Shown here in pieces: positions 38,150-51,029 of a stretch of DNA of 64,000 nucleotides; the first letter of the stretch is position 1; each line of letters starts with the position of its first letter. The stretch comes from Mobula hypostoma (taxonomy: Eukaryota). Position numbers and translations under genes: made by a program. The DNA lies in assembly GCF_963921235.1 (NCBI RefSeq), contig NC_086108.1, positions 61,568,001 to 61,632,000 of the forward strand. The letters run 5' to 3'. The notes under the pieces were generated by a model. The model was not told where the DNA came from, searched no databases, and saw only the letters and a program-made list of their open reading frames with translations.

Positions 38150-39100
38150 TATTGAGCAAAGGAAATTATACACAGGAAAAGGAATAATAACATACAACCC
38201 ACGTCTGGTCCACTGTTCAATAAGATCAGGAATGACCTTTATCCTCAGCAATGCTTTGCTGTACCAACCCCATTTCTTTTTATTTCTTATGATATAAAAA
38301 TCTGTCAGTCACTATCTTAAATATACTCATGGGCAAGCCTCTGCAGTCTTCTTATGTAGAAATTCCAAAGATTTGCCATCATCTGGTGAAGAATTTTCTC
38401 CTCTGTCCTGAGTAGCAGGCAGTTTATTTTTGAAACTGTGAATCTTCATTTGAGATACCCCACAAGAGAAACATTATTCCTGTATTAACACTGAAAACCC
38501 ACATCAAAGTATTGTATGCTTCAGTGAGATTGCCTCTCATCCTACTAAATTTTAGAGAGTACAGGCCTAGACTGCTAAATTTCTTCCAATATACCATCCC
38601 CCACTATCCTAGAAATCAACCTGGTGATCCTTCATTAAATTTGCCCGAATGCAAATATACAATTCTTTAGATACCAAGATCCGATTAAAAAATGAACTCC
38701 AGATGACAGGACCCTTTGTGATTTCAGCATGGTATCTTCACTTATATATTCAAACTCTCTTATAATAATCATCAGTATACTTATGTTCCTTATCAATTGC
38801 TACAGCAGTAAATTAACCTTCACTACCTCATGTACCAACAAACTCTGATCCCTCTGAACATCAATACTTTTCAGTCACACATCCTTTAAAAAAAATACTC
38901 AGTTTTTCCTTTTATCCATGCAAGTGGATGACACCACATATTTACATAATAAATTCTATTTGCCATATCTTTGCCCTTCACTGTCTGTCTATAACCTCCT
39001 CATCACTCACACAAATACCACGCTTCTTATAATCCACGTGAGATTTTCCTTTCATAAATCCATGTTCACTCTCCCCCCAACACTTACATCCAAAGTATTT
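38150..39100 (-). mobile_element. Highly decayed CR1
   Basis: Collinear antisense CR1 phrases (aattccaaagattt, cctctcatcctactaaat, caagtggatgac). Confidence 0.6.
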
Positions 39101-39174
39101 TGATAAATTATACAATATTCAAGCTTCTCCACTAATTCCCATGGTATACCTATCATTACTTTATTCCCCCAATT

Positions 39175-39512
39175 AGAAGGAGGAAGTTATTGTAGATTGC
39201 AGGGAGATATAGAGTGGCAAATAGATTACAACGCAGATAAGTGGCAGGTGCTGCAATTTGGAAAGTCAAATCAGTGCAGGACTTGTACTGTGAATGGAAC
39301 AGTACTAGGGAGTATTATGGAACAGAGTGGCTTAGGAATAGTTCATTGAAAGTGGAGTCACAGGTTAACAGAGTGGTGGAAAAGATGTTTAGTATAGTGA
39401 CCTTCATCAGGACCACTATAGAACATGATATAGCCCTATAGGGCATTGAGTATAGGAACTGGGACATTATTTTTCAGTTGTATAAGTTGTTGGTGAGGAT
39501 GCACTTTGAGTA
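39175..39512 (+). mobile_element. CR1 RT fragment truncated by the Penelope element
   Basis: SLKVESQVNRVVEK and LYKLLVRMHFEY, ending at the Penelope junction. Confidence 0.75.
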
Positions 39513-41044
39513 CCACTGCTACCAACCTTATAGTTCCCACACCCCGCACTTCCCGTTTCTACCTCCTACCCAAGATCCACAAACCTGCCTGTCCTGGCCG
39601 ACCTATTGTCTCAACTTGCTCCTGCCCCACCGAACTCGTTTCTGCATACCTCGACACGGTTTTATCACCCCTTGTTCAATCCCTTCCGACCTATGTTCGT
39701 GACACTTCTCATGCTCTTAAACTTTTCAATGATTTTAAGTTCCCTGGCCCCCACCGCTTTATTTTCACCATGGATGTCCAGTCCTTATATACTTCCATCC
39801 CCCATCAGGAAGGTCTCAAAGCTCTACGCTTCTTTTTGGATTCCAGACCTAATCAGTTCCCCTCTACCACCACTCTGCTCTGTCTAGCGGAATTAGTCCT
39901 TATTCTTAATAATTTCTCCTTTGGCTCCTCCCACTTCCTCCAAACTAAAGGTGTAGCTATGGGCACCCGTATGGGTCCTAGCTATGCCTGCCTTTTTGTT
40001 GGGTTTGTGGAACAGTCTATGTTCCGTGCCTATTCTGGTATCTGTCCCCCACTTTTCGTTCGCTCCATCGACGACTGCATTGGCGCTGCTTCCTGCACAC
40101 ATGCAGAACTCGTTGACTTTATTAACTTTGCCTCCAACTTTCACCCTGCCCTCAAGTTTACCTGGTCCATTTCCGACACCTCCCTCCCCTTTCTAGATCT
40201 TTCTGTCTCTGTCTCTGGAGACAGCTTATCCACGGATGTCTACTATAAGCCTACTGACTCTCACAGCTATCTGGACTATTCCTCTTCTCACCCTGTCTCT
40301 TGCAAAAACCCCATCCCCTTCTCGCAATTACTCCGTCTCCACCGCATCTGCTCTCAGGATGAGGCTTTTCATTCTAGGATGAGGGAGATGTCTTCCTTTT
40401 TTAAAGAAAGGGGCTTCCCTTCCTCCACTATCAACTCTGCTCTTAAACGCATCTCCCCCATTTCACGTACATCTGCTCTCACTCCATCCTCCCACCACCC
40501 CACTAGGAATAGGGTTCCCCTGGTCCTCACCTACCACCCCACCAGCCTCCGGGTCCAACATATTATTCTCCGTAACTTCCGCCACCTCCAACGGGATCCC
40601 ACCACTAAGCACATCTTTCCCTCCCCCCCCTCTGCATTCCGCAGGGATCGCTCGCTACACAACTCCCTTGTCCATTCGTCCCCCCCATCCCTCCCCACTG
40701 ATCTCTCTCCTGGCACTTATCCGTGTAAGCGGAACAAGTGCTACACATGCCCTTACACTTCCTCCCTTACCACCATTCATATTGGATATTCATCAATATA
40801 TATTGGTGAGACCCAACGCAGACTGGGAGACCGCTTTGCTGAACATCTACGCTCTGTCCGCCAGAGAAAGCAGGATCTCCCAGTGGCCACACATTTTAAT
40901 TCCACATCCCATTCCCATTCTGACATGTCTATCCACGGCCTCCTCTACTGTAAAGATGAAGCCACAGTCAGGTTGGAGGAACAACACCTTATATTCCGTC
41001 TGGGTAGCCTCCAACCTGATGGCATGAACATCGACTTTCTCTAA
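39506..41044 (+). pseudogene. Penelope-like RT + GIY-YIG endonuclease ORF, 512 aa, probably defective
   Basis: FYLLPKIHK, GRPIVS, MDVQSLYTSI, GVAMG, DVYYKPT, Cys linker CKRNKCYTC, YIGET.R...RF.EH; YIDD reads SIDD; GIY segment deleted; native N-terminus absent. Confidence 0.9.
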
Positions 41045-41445
41045 CTTCCGCTAAGGTCCCACCTCCCCCTCGTACCCCATCTGTTACTCATTTTTATGCA
41101 CACATTCTTTCTCTCACTCTCCTTTTTCTCCCTCTGTCCCTCTGAATATACCTCTTGCCCATCCTCTGGGTCACCCCCCCCTTGTCTTTCTTCCTGGACC
41201 TCCTGTCCCATGATCCTCTCCTATCCCCTTTTGCCTATCACCTGTCCAGCTCTTGGCTCCATCCCTCCCCCTCCTGTCTTCTCCTATCATTTTGGATCTC
41301 CCCCTCCCCCTCCAACTTTCAAATCCTTTACTCACTCCTCCTTTAGTTAGTCCTGACGAAGGGTCTTCCTGAAACATCGACTGCACCTCTTCTTAGAGAT
41401 GCTGCCTGGCCTGCTGCGTTCACCAGCAACTTTTATATGTCTTGC
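39511..41445 (+). mobile_element. 5'-truncated Penelope-like element (Neptune-like) with 3' pLTR
   Basis: RT and GIY-YIG ORF followed by a pyrimidine-rich pLTR and hammerhead motif; near-identical to 58756-59570. Confidence 0.93.
41348..41383 (+). ncRNA. Hammerhead motif variant in Penelope pLTR
   Basis: tagtc CTGACGA agg gtctt cct GAAA catc gactg; core intact but helix III palindrome ACGT changed to ACAT. Confidence 0.6.
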
Positions 41446-41591
41446 AAAAAAATACTGGAGTCACTTAGCACTTTGGTGCAAGGGTGTTTAATAAGTGCGT
41501 CAAAAATCAAACTTCCAAAAAATTAGTTAAAATAGTGAAAAGGAACTGCCAATATTTACAAAAAGATATCCACCAGAAAACACAATAATAG

Positions 41592-41730
41592 CTCCCCCCA
41601 ACTTTTAAATCTATTCCTCATATTTTTTCTCCAGTCCTGCTGAATGTCTTGCCCTATACATCAACAGTACTTTTTTTCCATAGATGCTGCCTGGCCTACC
41701 GAGTTCGTCCAGCATTTTGTGCGTGTTGCA
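41592..41730 (+). mobile_element. Older Penelope pLTR fragment (second subfamily)
   Basis: ctccagtcctgctgaatgtcttgcc...gatgctgcctggcct...gtgttgc; homologous to the minus-strand copy at 54.5 kb. Confidence 0.7.
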
Positions 41731-42399
41731 TCCATGTTATTTTTGTTCAGTGTGAACTGGCAGCCCCCATTTCTCGCACTTACTGAGGGCAAGAAGCTCC
41801 CTTTTCTTTAGGCACCAGGACGTACAAACTGTAATTACCAACAAAGTTAACTTAAGACAACACACAAATTCGAATATGATGCGCCCCATAATGTAATTAC
41901 AATCATATTACTAAAGAAACAAAAGTATCTACATTAAATTCAGTATACAAACAACACGTACACATTTACACATCCCCATTACTAAAGCAACGGAATATTT
42001 TATTGTGTATGGCGCAAAAGGCACCCTAAAGTCAACCTGAGCACATCAGCACAGTCTAGGACCCGTTTTCAGACTATACTGGGTAAGTAATAGAAGTCTG
42101 TGCACTCAGCGCAACAACAACGGAATGACAAGGCAATACTTGTGGGTGTGTAAAAGCACGTGCGTAAGGAGTGCTCTCCATCGCTAAATCACTTATACAT
42201 GGATAGGTGATCCTTTAATTAGGGTAACTTTTCTGTCCATCCTTTAAGAACAAAGAACCACTGTCCCTCACACTTCTGTCATCAGCAAAACGCAACAAAT
42301 TTTAAGATGCCGGTCAAGTTTTTTTTGAGCAACTGCTTATGTGGTTGCTATGGAACTGAGAAGTGACAGAGGAGCATGTGGCTGTCATGGAGCAGACTG

Positions 42400-44450
42400 A
42401 CATTTTGATGCCCAGAAATGTGAGTACCTTAAAGATTTATACTTACACATCTGACAGTATGTTTATTATGTGTCATTACCAAATGAGTTACTATTTGAGC
42501 GTTTTAACTGAGAAATAAATAACTTCATTTTATTTCTATATATTTAAATTACATTTACAAGTTACCTATACAGTTGAGTTAGCAAGTGCAAGACTTAGAA
42601 ACATAGAAACATAGAAAACCTATAGCACAATACAGGCCCTTCAGCCCACAAAGCTGTGCTGAACATGTCCTTACCTTAGAAATTACCTTGGGTTACCCAT
42701 AGCCCTCTATTTTTCTGAGCTCCATGTACCTGTCCAGGAGTCTCTTAAAAGACCTTATCGTATCCACCTCCACCACCGTCACCAGTAGCCCATTCCACGC
42801 ATTCACCACTATCCATGTAAAAAATTTACCCCTGACATCTCCTCTGCACCGACTTCCAAGCACCTTAAAACTGTGTCCTCTCAAGCTAGTCATTCCAACT
42901 CTGGGAAAAGGCCCCTGACTATCCACATGATCATCGCCTCTCATCATCTTATACACCTCTATCAGGTCACCTCTTATCCTCCGTTGCTCCAAGGAAAAAA
43001 GGCCGAGTTCACTCAACCTATTCTCATAAGATATGCTCCTCAATCCAGGCAGCATCCTTGTAAATCTTAAACAACTCTTTCTTTAAAATGTGAGAAATGT
43101 CATTACCATTACACAACTGGCGGTGAAGTTGTCAAGGCAGCCCCAAAATCATCAGCAGAGCAATCAAAAACATACAGAGACACAATTAAAGAGGACCCAG
43201 TGAAATATCGGCAATACCTTGAAAGAGAGGAAGAGAGATACAAAAAAAGAAGGGAGATAGAAAAACTTAAGATCATCTCACAATTGCCAAAGTGTGAATA
43301 GAGACTGGAGAGAGTTAATCAAAGAAACAAAAGTGCTGCTGATAAGAAAAGACGGACTGTACAAATTTTAATAGCACAGAATATCCTGCTGGAATCTCCA
43401 GTGGGCCAGCAACAAGAACAGAATGGCCTCCATATTCCTGAGGCTTCAGCTCTGCACTGATGGAGACTACAAGAAGGTGCTTTAAATTTCAAGTGTTGCT
43501 TTTCTCCCCAGAGTTGTTGAGATTTCTGTGAATGTTTCAGAAGTCTTTCTGACATAAAAATAGTGTTTTAGAGGGTTGAGTAAATGTTTTGTCAGTGTTA
43601 AAGAAAAGTGTTCTCTCTTATGGACAGTTGAAAACTAATGATCTCTATAATCTGTTTGAAATTTGAATTGCTGCTTATTTCAGAGTTGGGAGGGTTAGAC
43701 AGATGTTTTGTAAGCATTATTATTTTTTCTAAACGACTAGACAATGCCTAGTTTAGCTGGGCTGACTATGTTCATGTTTCATATGGATGTTTTCAATGAC
43801 ATTCTCCAGCCGCCTTCCTTAAAATTGTAAGGATGTGTTTTTAATTGGAAGTGTTACTTCTTCTAGTTGGACAGATGTTTTGTCAGAGTTAATGTTAAAC
43901 TAAAACCATTATTTGTCAACGTCAAAGGTTTGTGTCATTACCAACACAGTGCATATTTGGATGGGAAATAAAGTTTTCTTTAGTAATAATGGTCTGAAGT
44001 CACCATCTGGAGTCAAGTGTTTTGATGCCAAAATCAGCATTCTGTCAAAAAGGGTTAAAATTCCAATAGTAAACAAATGTTTTGTTGTTTAGCCAAGGAA
44101 ATAATTGACACACTTAAGAAAATGTGTCTCAAAAATATATTCTGACTGTACTTAAAAATTAGCTAAAACAAATTTATTAGAGAACATGGTTTTTATTTGC
44201 AGGATTGCCTTTGAAATCTTCGTTTGTCATTTCATTTTAAATTAAATTCAGTATTTTGGTGGTGTGATGGTAATGACACTCACCTGAGAAAACTCTGCAA
44301 ATAGCGCCTTAAAATATAATAGCTCTCTTAAAAATTGATCAGTGCCAACATCTGGTCTTCATTCCAGAGCCTAAAATAAAGGTTATAACATAAACAAACC
44401 AGAGCTTCAAGAAATTACATTTTCCAGAATTTCAAGTAGTCAAAAGCCAT
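42400..44450 (+). mobile_element. Possible internally deleted DNA transposon relic (Sola2-like guess), with CR1 insert
   Basis: Frame near 43140 reads PKSSAEQSKTYRDTIKEDPVKYRQYLEREEERYKKRRE; motif tgtcattacca repeated three times direct and once inverted. Confidence 0.35.
42597..43067 (-). mobile_element. CR1 LINE 3' end
   Basis: ORF 42693-43055 LGLFSLEQRRIRGDLIEVYK; (tagaaaca)n tail. Confidence 0.92.
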
Positions 44451-47400
44451 CAAGCTTTCCTCATATAATAATCCTTTCATTCCTGGAGTTATCTTTGTGA
44501 ACCTTCTCTGAATACTCTCCAGTACCAGCACACCTTTCTGAGATAAGGAGCTCAAAACTGTTCACAATACTCAAGGTGAGGCCTCAGCAGGGCCTTATAG
44601 GGCCTCAGCATCACATCCCTGCTCTTGTATTCTAGATCTCTTGAAAGCTAACATTGCATTTGCGTTCCTCACCACTGAATCAACCTGCAAGTTAACCTTT
44701 CAGGCGTTCTGCACAAGGACTCCCAAGTCCCTTTGTATCTCAGATTTGTGGATTTTCTTCCCTTTTAGAAAATAGTCTGCACATTTATTTATACTACCAA
44801 AGTGCATAACCATGCATATTCCAACATTGTATTTCATTTGCCACTTTCTTGCCCATTTTCCAAATCTTTCCAAGTCCTTCTGCAGCCTACTTGTTTCCTC
44901 AACACTACTTGCCCCTCCACCAATCTTCATATCACCTGCAAAGTTGGCAACAAAGCCATCTATTCCATCATCTAAATCATTGATATACACCATAAAAAGA
45001 AGCGGTCCAAACACATTTGGCCCTTGTGAAAGTCCAAATATACAACAACCACTACATCTCCTTTATCCATCCTACTTGTAATCTCCTCAAAGAATTCCAA
45101 CAGGTTCATTAGGCAAGATTTTCCCTTAAGGAAACCATTCTGACTTTGTCTTATCTTGTCCTATGTCACCAAGTACTCCATAACAATTGACTTCCAAACC
45201 ACTGAGGTCAGGTTAACTGATCTATAATTTCCTTTCTGTTGTCTTCCTCCCCTCTAAAAGAGTGGAGTGACATTTGGAATTTTCCAGCCTTCTGGCACCA
45301 TGCCAGAGTCCATTGATTTTTGTAAGATCCTCACTAATGCCTCCAAAATCTCCAACGCTACCTCTTTCAGAACCCTAGGATGCAGTTCATCTGGTCTGGG
45401 TGACTTGTGTATCTTTAGGTCTTTCAGCTTTTTGAGCACCTCCTGTCTTGTAATAATAACTGCACCCATTTCTCTTCCTTCACACACTACAACATCTGAC
45501 ACACTGTTTATGTCTTCCACAGTGAAGACTGATGCAAAATACTCACTTTGTTCATTAACCATCTCCTTGTCCCTAGTTATTATTTCTCTGGTCTCATTTT
45601 TAGTGGTCCTATATCTACTCTCATCTCTCTTTTATTCATCATCATCAGGTGCCATGCCCAGTTTGAGCTTTGACTGCCAAGGCCCACACATTCCTTTTTC
45701 AGGTCAAGTGGATCAATTCATTGGTATTCATTTCCAGTTCTCTGGCTGCTGATCCATCATCTTTTGTCTTTGTTTTTATTTTTTACAAACTTGAAAAAAA
45801 GTTTTCACTATCCACCTTGATATTGTTTGCTAGCTTGCTTTCATATTTTCCCTCCTAATAAATCTTTTAGTTGCTCTCCGTAGGTTTTTAAAAGCTTCCC
45901 AATCCTCTATCTTCCTGCTAATTTTTGCTTTGTTGTATGCCCTCTGTTTTGCTTTTCCATTAGCTTTGACTTCCCTTGTCAGCCACAGTTATACTATTTT
46001 GCCATTTGAGTATTTCTTCTTTTTGGAATACATCTATCCTGCACCTTCCTCATTTTCCCCAGAAACTCACGCCATTGTTGCTCTGCTGTCACCCCTGCCA
46101 GCATCTCCTTCTAGTTTACTTTGGCCAACTCCTCTCTCATATCACCGTAAATTCCTTTACTCCACTGAAATACTGCTACATCAGACTTTACTTTTTCCCT
46201 ACCAAATTTCAAGCTGAACTCAATCCTATTGTGATCACTGCCTCCTAAGGTTCCTTTTACCTTAAGCTCCCTAATCAGCTCTGGGTCACTACATTACACC
46301 CAATCCGGCATAGCTGATCTCCTAGTAGGCTCAATAACAAATTGCTCTAACAAGCCATCTCATAGGCATTCAACAAACTCTCTCTCTTGAGATCCAATAC
46401 CAACCTGATTTTCCCCAGTCGATTTGCATGCTGAAATCTCCCGTGACCATCATAACAATGCCCTTTTGACATGCCTTTTCTATTTCCTATTATAATCTGT
46501 AGTCCACATCCCAGCCACTGTTGGGAGGCCTGTGTATAACTGCCATCAGGGTCCTTTTACCCTTGCAGTTTCTTAATCCACCCACAAGGATTCAGTATCT
46601 TCTGATACTATGTCACATCTTTCTAATGATTTAATGCCATTCTTTACCAGCAGAGCCACGCCATCTCTTCCGCCTACTTTCCTCACCCTCCAATACAACA
46701 TGTAAGCTTGGAAATTCAACTCCCAACTACAACCATCCTTCAGCCACGTTTCACTGGTGGCCACAACATCATACCTGACAATCTGTAACAGTGCAACATA
46801 ATCATCCACCTCATTTCTTATACTCTGTTCATTCAGATATAACACTTTGAGTACTGTATTTGCTACCCTTTTTGATTCTGCATCCCTAATGCACTGATAC
46901 TCATCTTGCTGGCTGTAGTTTTGTCCTACCTGACAGCCTGACTGCATGCTATCTTTGCTTTTTTACCACCTGTCCTATCTGGAGTCTCTTCACTCCAATT
47001 CCCATCCCCCTGCGAAAAAAGTTTTAACACTCCCCAACAGCTCTAACAAACGTGACCGCGAGAATACTGGTTCCCCTTGGGTTCAGGTGCAACCCGCCAC
47101 TTTTGAACAGGTCATACCTCCCCCAGAAGAGATCCCAATGATCCAAGAACCTGAAACCCTGCCCCCTACACCAGCTTCTCAGCCACACATTAATCTGCCA
47201 AATCATCCTGTTTCTCCCCTCACTGGTGCGTGGCACAGGCAGCAATCCATTTATTACTACCCTGGAGGTCCTGCTCTTCAGGTTTCTGCCTTGCTCTCTA
47301 ATTCCTCTCTTCAGGACCTCTTTGCTTTTCCTTCCTATGTCATTGGTACCAATATGTACCGAGACATCTGGCTGCTCTCCCTCCCTCTCCAAAATGCTGT

Positions 47401-48095
47401 GGACGTGATCCGAGACGTCTCTGATCCTGGCACCTGGGAGGCAACATACCATCCAGGTGTCCCATTCACATCCACAGAATCTTCTGTCTGTTCCTGTGAC
47501 TCTTGAGTCCCTATCATTATTGCTCCCCTCTTATCCCTCTTTTCCCTCTGCACCAGGGACCCATGCTGAGTGCCAGTAACCCAGTACCTGTGGCATTCCC
47601 CTGGGTGGTCATCCCCCACAACAGGATCCAAAACGGTGCACTTATTACTGAGGGGAATGGCCACAGGGGTACTCTGTGCTAACAGCCTATTCACATTTCC
47701 ATTTTTCCTGACAGCCACAATCTCTAATTGCGCCACGATTTCATCCACCTTATTCCAAATGCCATGCGCATTTAAGTCCTGCATGCTTCACCATTTTGAA
47801 TTTTGCCTCTGTGGTACAATTTAACTCTTTGCTCTGTCTGCATTTGTATCCAATCATTGGCTTGTCTTTCCTCATATTTATGTTTCATCCATCATCTACT
47901 TGTAAACCTGCTGGCTCATCCTCAGTTTTATCATACTGGTTCCCATTCCCCCACCATATTAGTTTAAACCACTCCCTACAGCTCTTGTAAAACTGCCCGT
48001 AAGATTATTTGTCCCCTTCTGATTCAAGTGCAATCCATCCCTTTTGTACAGGTTCCATCTGCCCCGTAAGAGGTCCCAATTATCCAGAAATCCAG
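44450..48095 (-). mobile_element. Composite CR1 block (ORF1 esterase-like, APE endonuclease, RT), decayed
   Basis: ORF1 VCCLPGARIRDV, HIGTNDIG, GLHLN (47024-47452); two separate APE starts (KVLYLNEQSIRN near 46850, LNAHGIWNKVD near 47770); RT YINDLDDG, FAGD. Confidence 0.9.
45636..45772 (-). mobile_element. Short RTE-like 3' end inserted in CR1
   Basis: Begins catcatcatcagg (antisense (gat)n tail); CR1 sequence resumes afterwards. Confidence 0.5.
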
Positions 48096-49044
48096 AAATT
48101 AATGAACAAGATGGTTTTAAGTTTTTAGACGTTTGTCTTTCTCAGTTTCCAATAATAAAATTGTCATCTGCTCTCACTGGAGCATTAATAATGGAGCATT
48201 AACTTTGCATTCTGGACCAGTCTTTTGACTTGAGCATCCAGAGAGTGAAAAATGTTTAAAACTGATCACTGAAAAACAACTAGAAACAGCAAAACTTCAA
48301 GATATCCATCTTCGTAGAAAACGTCCCATTAAAGAGTAAAGAAACTCACCATTAATAAAACTTAACTGAAGCTTTCATATGTTCTGCTGAAACTGAAATG
48401 ACAGTACAGTGCAACTTTTTTTTTACCTTTTACAGTCCACTGACAGCACTCAACATCTGTTATTTATATCAGGTTCTCATAAATGCATGCTTACCATAAA
48501 AAGACCTTATAAAATGAATTTACTTCTTCTTCAGGTTACAAATCTTCTCCAACTATTCTCAATTCAGATACAATTTATTCATCAACTCTTTCAGAACATT
48601 TTCATATCTGCAATTATTATCAGGCTGATAATGTCTTTAGTAAAATAAGCAGAACTATCTAAGGATTTATTGATTATGTTGAGGGTACACATAGGACCAG
48701 GAGCATTTTGCTTCCAAACAGTTTAATCAAAACAAAGATTCCGGCATATTTTGACACAATGAATTTATCAACAGCATCAATAGACTTTGCAGTAGCCGAT
48801 AACAGAATTGTGCATTTGTAAAAGCTTCTCATCTACAAAGTATTACATTAGGTACTCACTTTTGTTATACTACCGTCTGTAGTTTTTCCTGACTTTAAAA
48901 TAGAAGTGGTCCATTGTGTTGCAACAGCATCCTCTCTTGATTTAATTATAAATATCAAACCAATAATTACGTACATAATATCAGAAAAGAATGTGTAGCT
49001 TTAATGTGGGGACAAGATTATGTTAGCTACCCAAATCCATCTTT

Positions 49045-49302
49045 TATTCTTTTTAAATTGAGATACAGCACAGAATAGGCACTTCTGGCCCTTCAAGCCT
49101 TCCCACCCAGTAATCCCCCGATCATAGGACAATTTACAATGACCAAATGACCTACCAACCGGTACATATTTGGACTGTGGGAAAAAGCCACGTGGTCATG
49201 GGGAGAATGTAAAAACTCCTTACAGGCAATGGCGGGGCTTGAATCTGGGTTGCCTGTACTGCAAAGCATTGTGCTAACCACTATGCTACCATGCTGCTCC
49301 AT
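49045..49302 (-). mobile_element. HE1/V-SINE-like SINE with internal deletion
   Basis: Antisense tRNA-like head (ggtagcatagtggttagcac, gattcaagccc) and ttcccacagtccaaa core. Confidence 0.75.
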
Positions 49303-49379
49303 TGTCTAATTTTGGCTTATCTGATGACCACAACTGGTTTTGAATGATCTTTTTCTTCTCTGAAAAGAGACCTAAAACA

Positions 49380-49945
49380 CATCATCATTTGCCAGGATGA
49401 TCCATGGGCCTTTGCTTCTTTCTAGGACAGAGACTAACAACATCTTCCATCACCACTGCCCTCACTCACCTGGCCAATCTCTCCACTCTTTCTTCACTCT
49501 TCCTCAAGTTGAATAAAAATGTTTTTCGTTCCACTCAGTTCCTTCAAATCAAAAATTGAGTGGTTGGAACCCAATGGATCTGACTGTCTCTCTGTGAGAT
49601 ATGTGGAAAGTTCACTACTCCATTTTTGATTAGGCTTCCTTCCTCACTTTTTCTGGTACATCAGAGACTGTGTCAGTGTTGCTTCCTACTGTGTAAGTGC
49701 ATTATCAATACATTTGATGCCCATTTCTAACTTGCTCTGACTTTCATGTGGTCCATCTCTGATGTGTTTCACCTGTTTTCAACTTCTCTTTTTCATTGTA
49801 TGGGTTAGCAACCATTATCTATTCCAAACCCACCAATTTCCACAATATCCTTGACTACACCCCTCCCACCCTGTTTCATGTTACTGTTCCCTTAAAACTT
49901 CAATGTCATATTATTCTCTTCTTTATATCCTCCAGTTTCCCTCCA
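49380..49945 (+). mobile_element. Old decayed Penelope-like RT fragment
   Basis: Collinear with about 39760-40340 (tggtccatctctga; aaacccaccaatttccac; ttgactacac; cccaccctg). Confidence 0.65.
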
Positions 49946-50127
49946 TGTTCTGATATTGTCAGACTGCTCCTTAACTTGCAAGTCTACCAGGGGTTATCAA
50001 GTTTACTTACATGAACTGCAAAAGAAAGGAACCTGGCTTTAGCAGCCAGACTACAGATACAGAAAGGGCAATGTGGCATATTGGTAGGATGTTGCAAGCC
50101 ACCTACACACAAACAAAAGGGTGAAAA

Positions 50128-50396
50128 AAAGTTCAAAGTTCAGAAGTTCAAAGTGAATTTGTTATCTAAGTAAGCACATTATACTACATATACTACCATA
50201 TACTACCCTGAGATTCATTTTCTTGCAGACATTCACAGTAGAACAAAGAAATACAACAGAATCAGTGAAAAACTACACACAAACAATAAATGTCATGCAA
50301 GAATGTGCAAAAGAAGACACTTTGAGCAAATTCAAAAATAAATAAACAAATAAATAAATAAATAATACTGACGACACGAGTCCCAGAGTCCTTGAA
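50128..50396 (-). mobile_element. Rex1/L2-like LINE 3' tail
   Basis: aagttcaaagtt...atatactaccctgagattcattttcttgc; homologous to 57208-57370. Confidence 0.65.
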
Positions 50397-50684
50397 CAAA
50401 AAAAGAAATCAACAAGTAGAGATGGGATGAATCAGTCAGCACTTTGTGAAGATAACAGTGATTTGCTTATAATTAATATCTGTGCTCTCCATGCTTCATC
50501 AATAGGAATGCACAAACCAAATCCTTTCTTACCACTTTTCTGCAAGTGTCTCAAGGCTAGGTTCTGTCAGGTCAAGTGCAGACAATGTTGCAAATAATTG
50601 AGCTCAGGTCATGTTAAGATTGCCGACAGTTAGCTTTTAACTTTATTCTCAAGCAGATTCCTACCCTACAGCAACTCTGATATG

Positions 50685-51008
50685 ACATAAACATAGAAAA
50701 ACTACAGCACAATACAGGCCATTCAGCCCACAATGCTGTGCTGAACATGTACTTACTTTAGAAATTACCTAGGGTTACGCATAGCCCTCTATTTTTCGAA
50801 TCTGCATGTACCTACTGTATCCAGGAGTCTCTTAAAAGACCCTACCGTATCCGCCTCTACCACCATCACCAGCAGCCTATTCCACGCACTCACAACTTTC
50901 TGCATAAAAAAACTTACCCCGACATCTCCTCCGTACCTACTTCCAAGCACCTTAAAATTGTGCCCTCTTGTGCTAGCCATTTCAGCCCTGGGAAAAAGCC
51001 TCTGACTC
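50685..51008 (-). mobile_element. CR1 LINE 3' end
   Basis: STRGHNFKVLG motif; same subfamily as 42597-43067. Confidence 0.9.
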
Positions 51009-51029
51009 AGGACTCAGGACATAAAAAAG

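Noticed and set aside
39506..41044. Novel or active RT-nuclease gene
   Set aside because: Standard Penelope-like architecture; 5' truncated against a CR1 fragment, YIDD altered and GIY segment deleted
47024..47452. Stand-alone SGNH esterase gene
   Set aside because: It is the CR1 ORF1 esterase-like domain directly upstream of a CR1 APE/RT region
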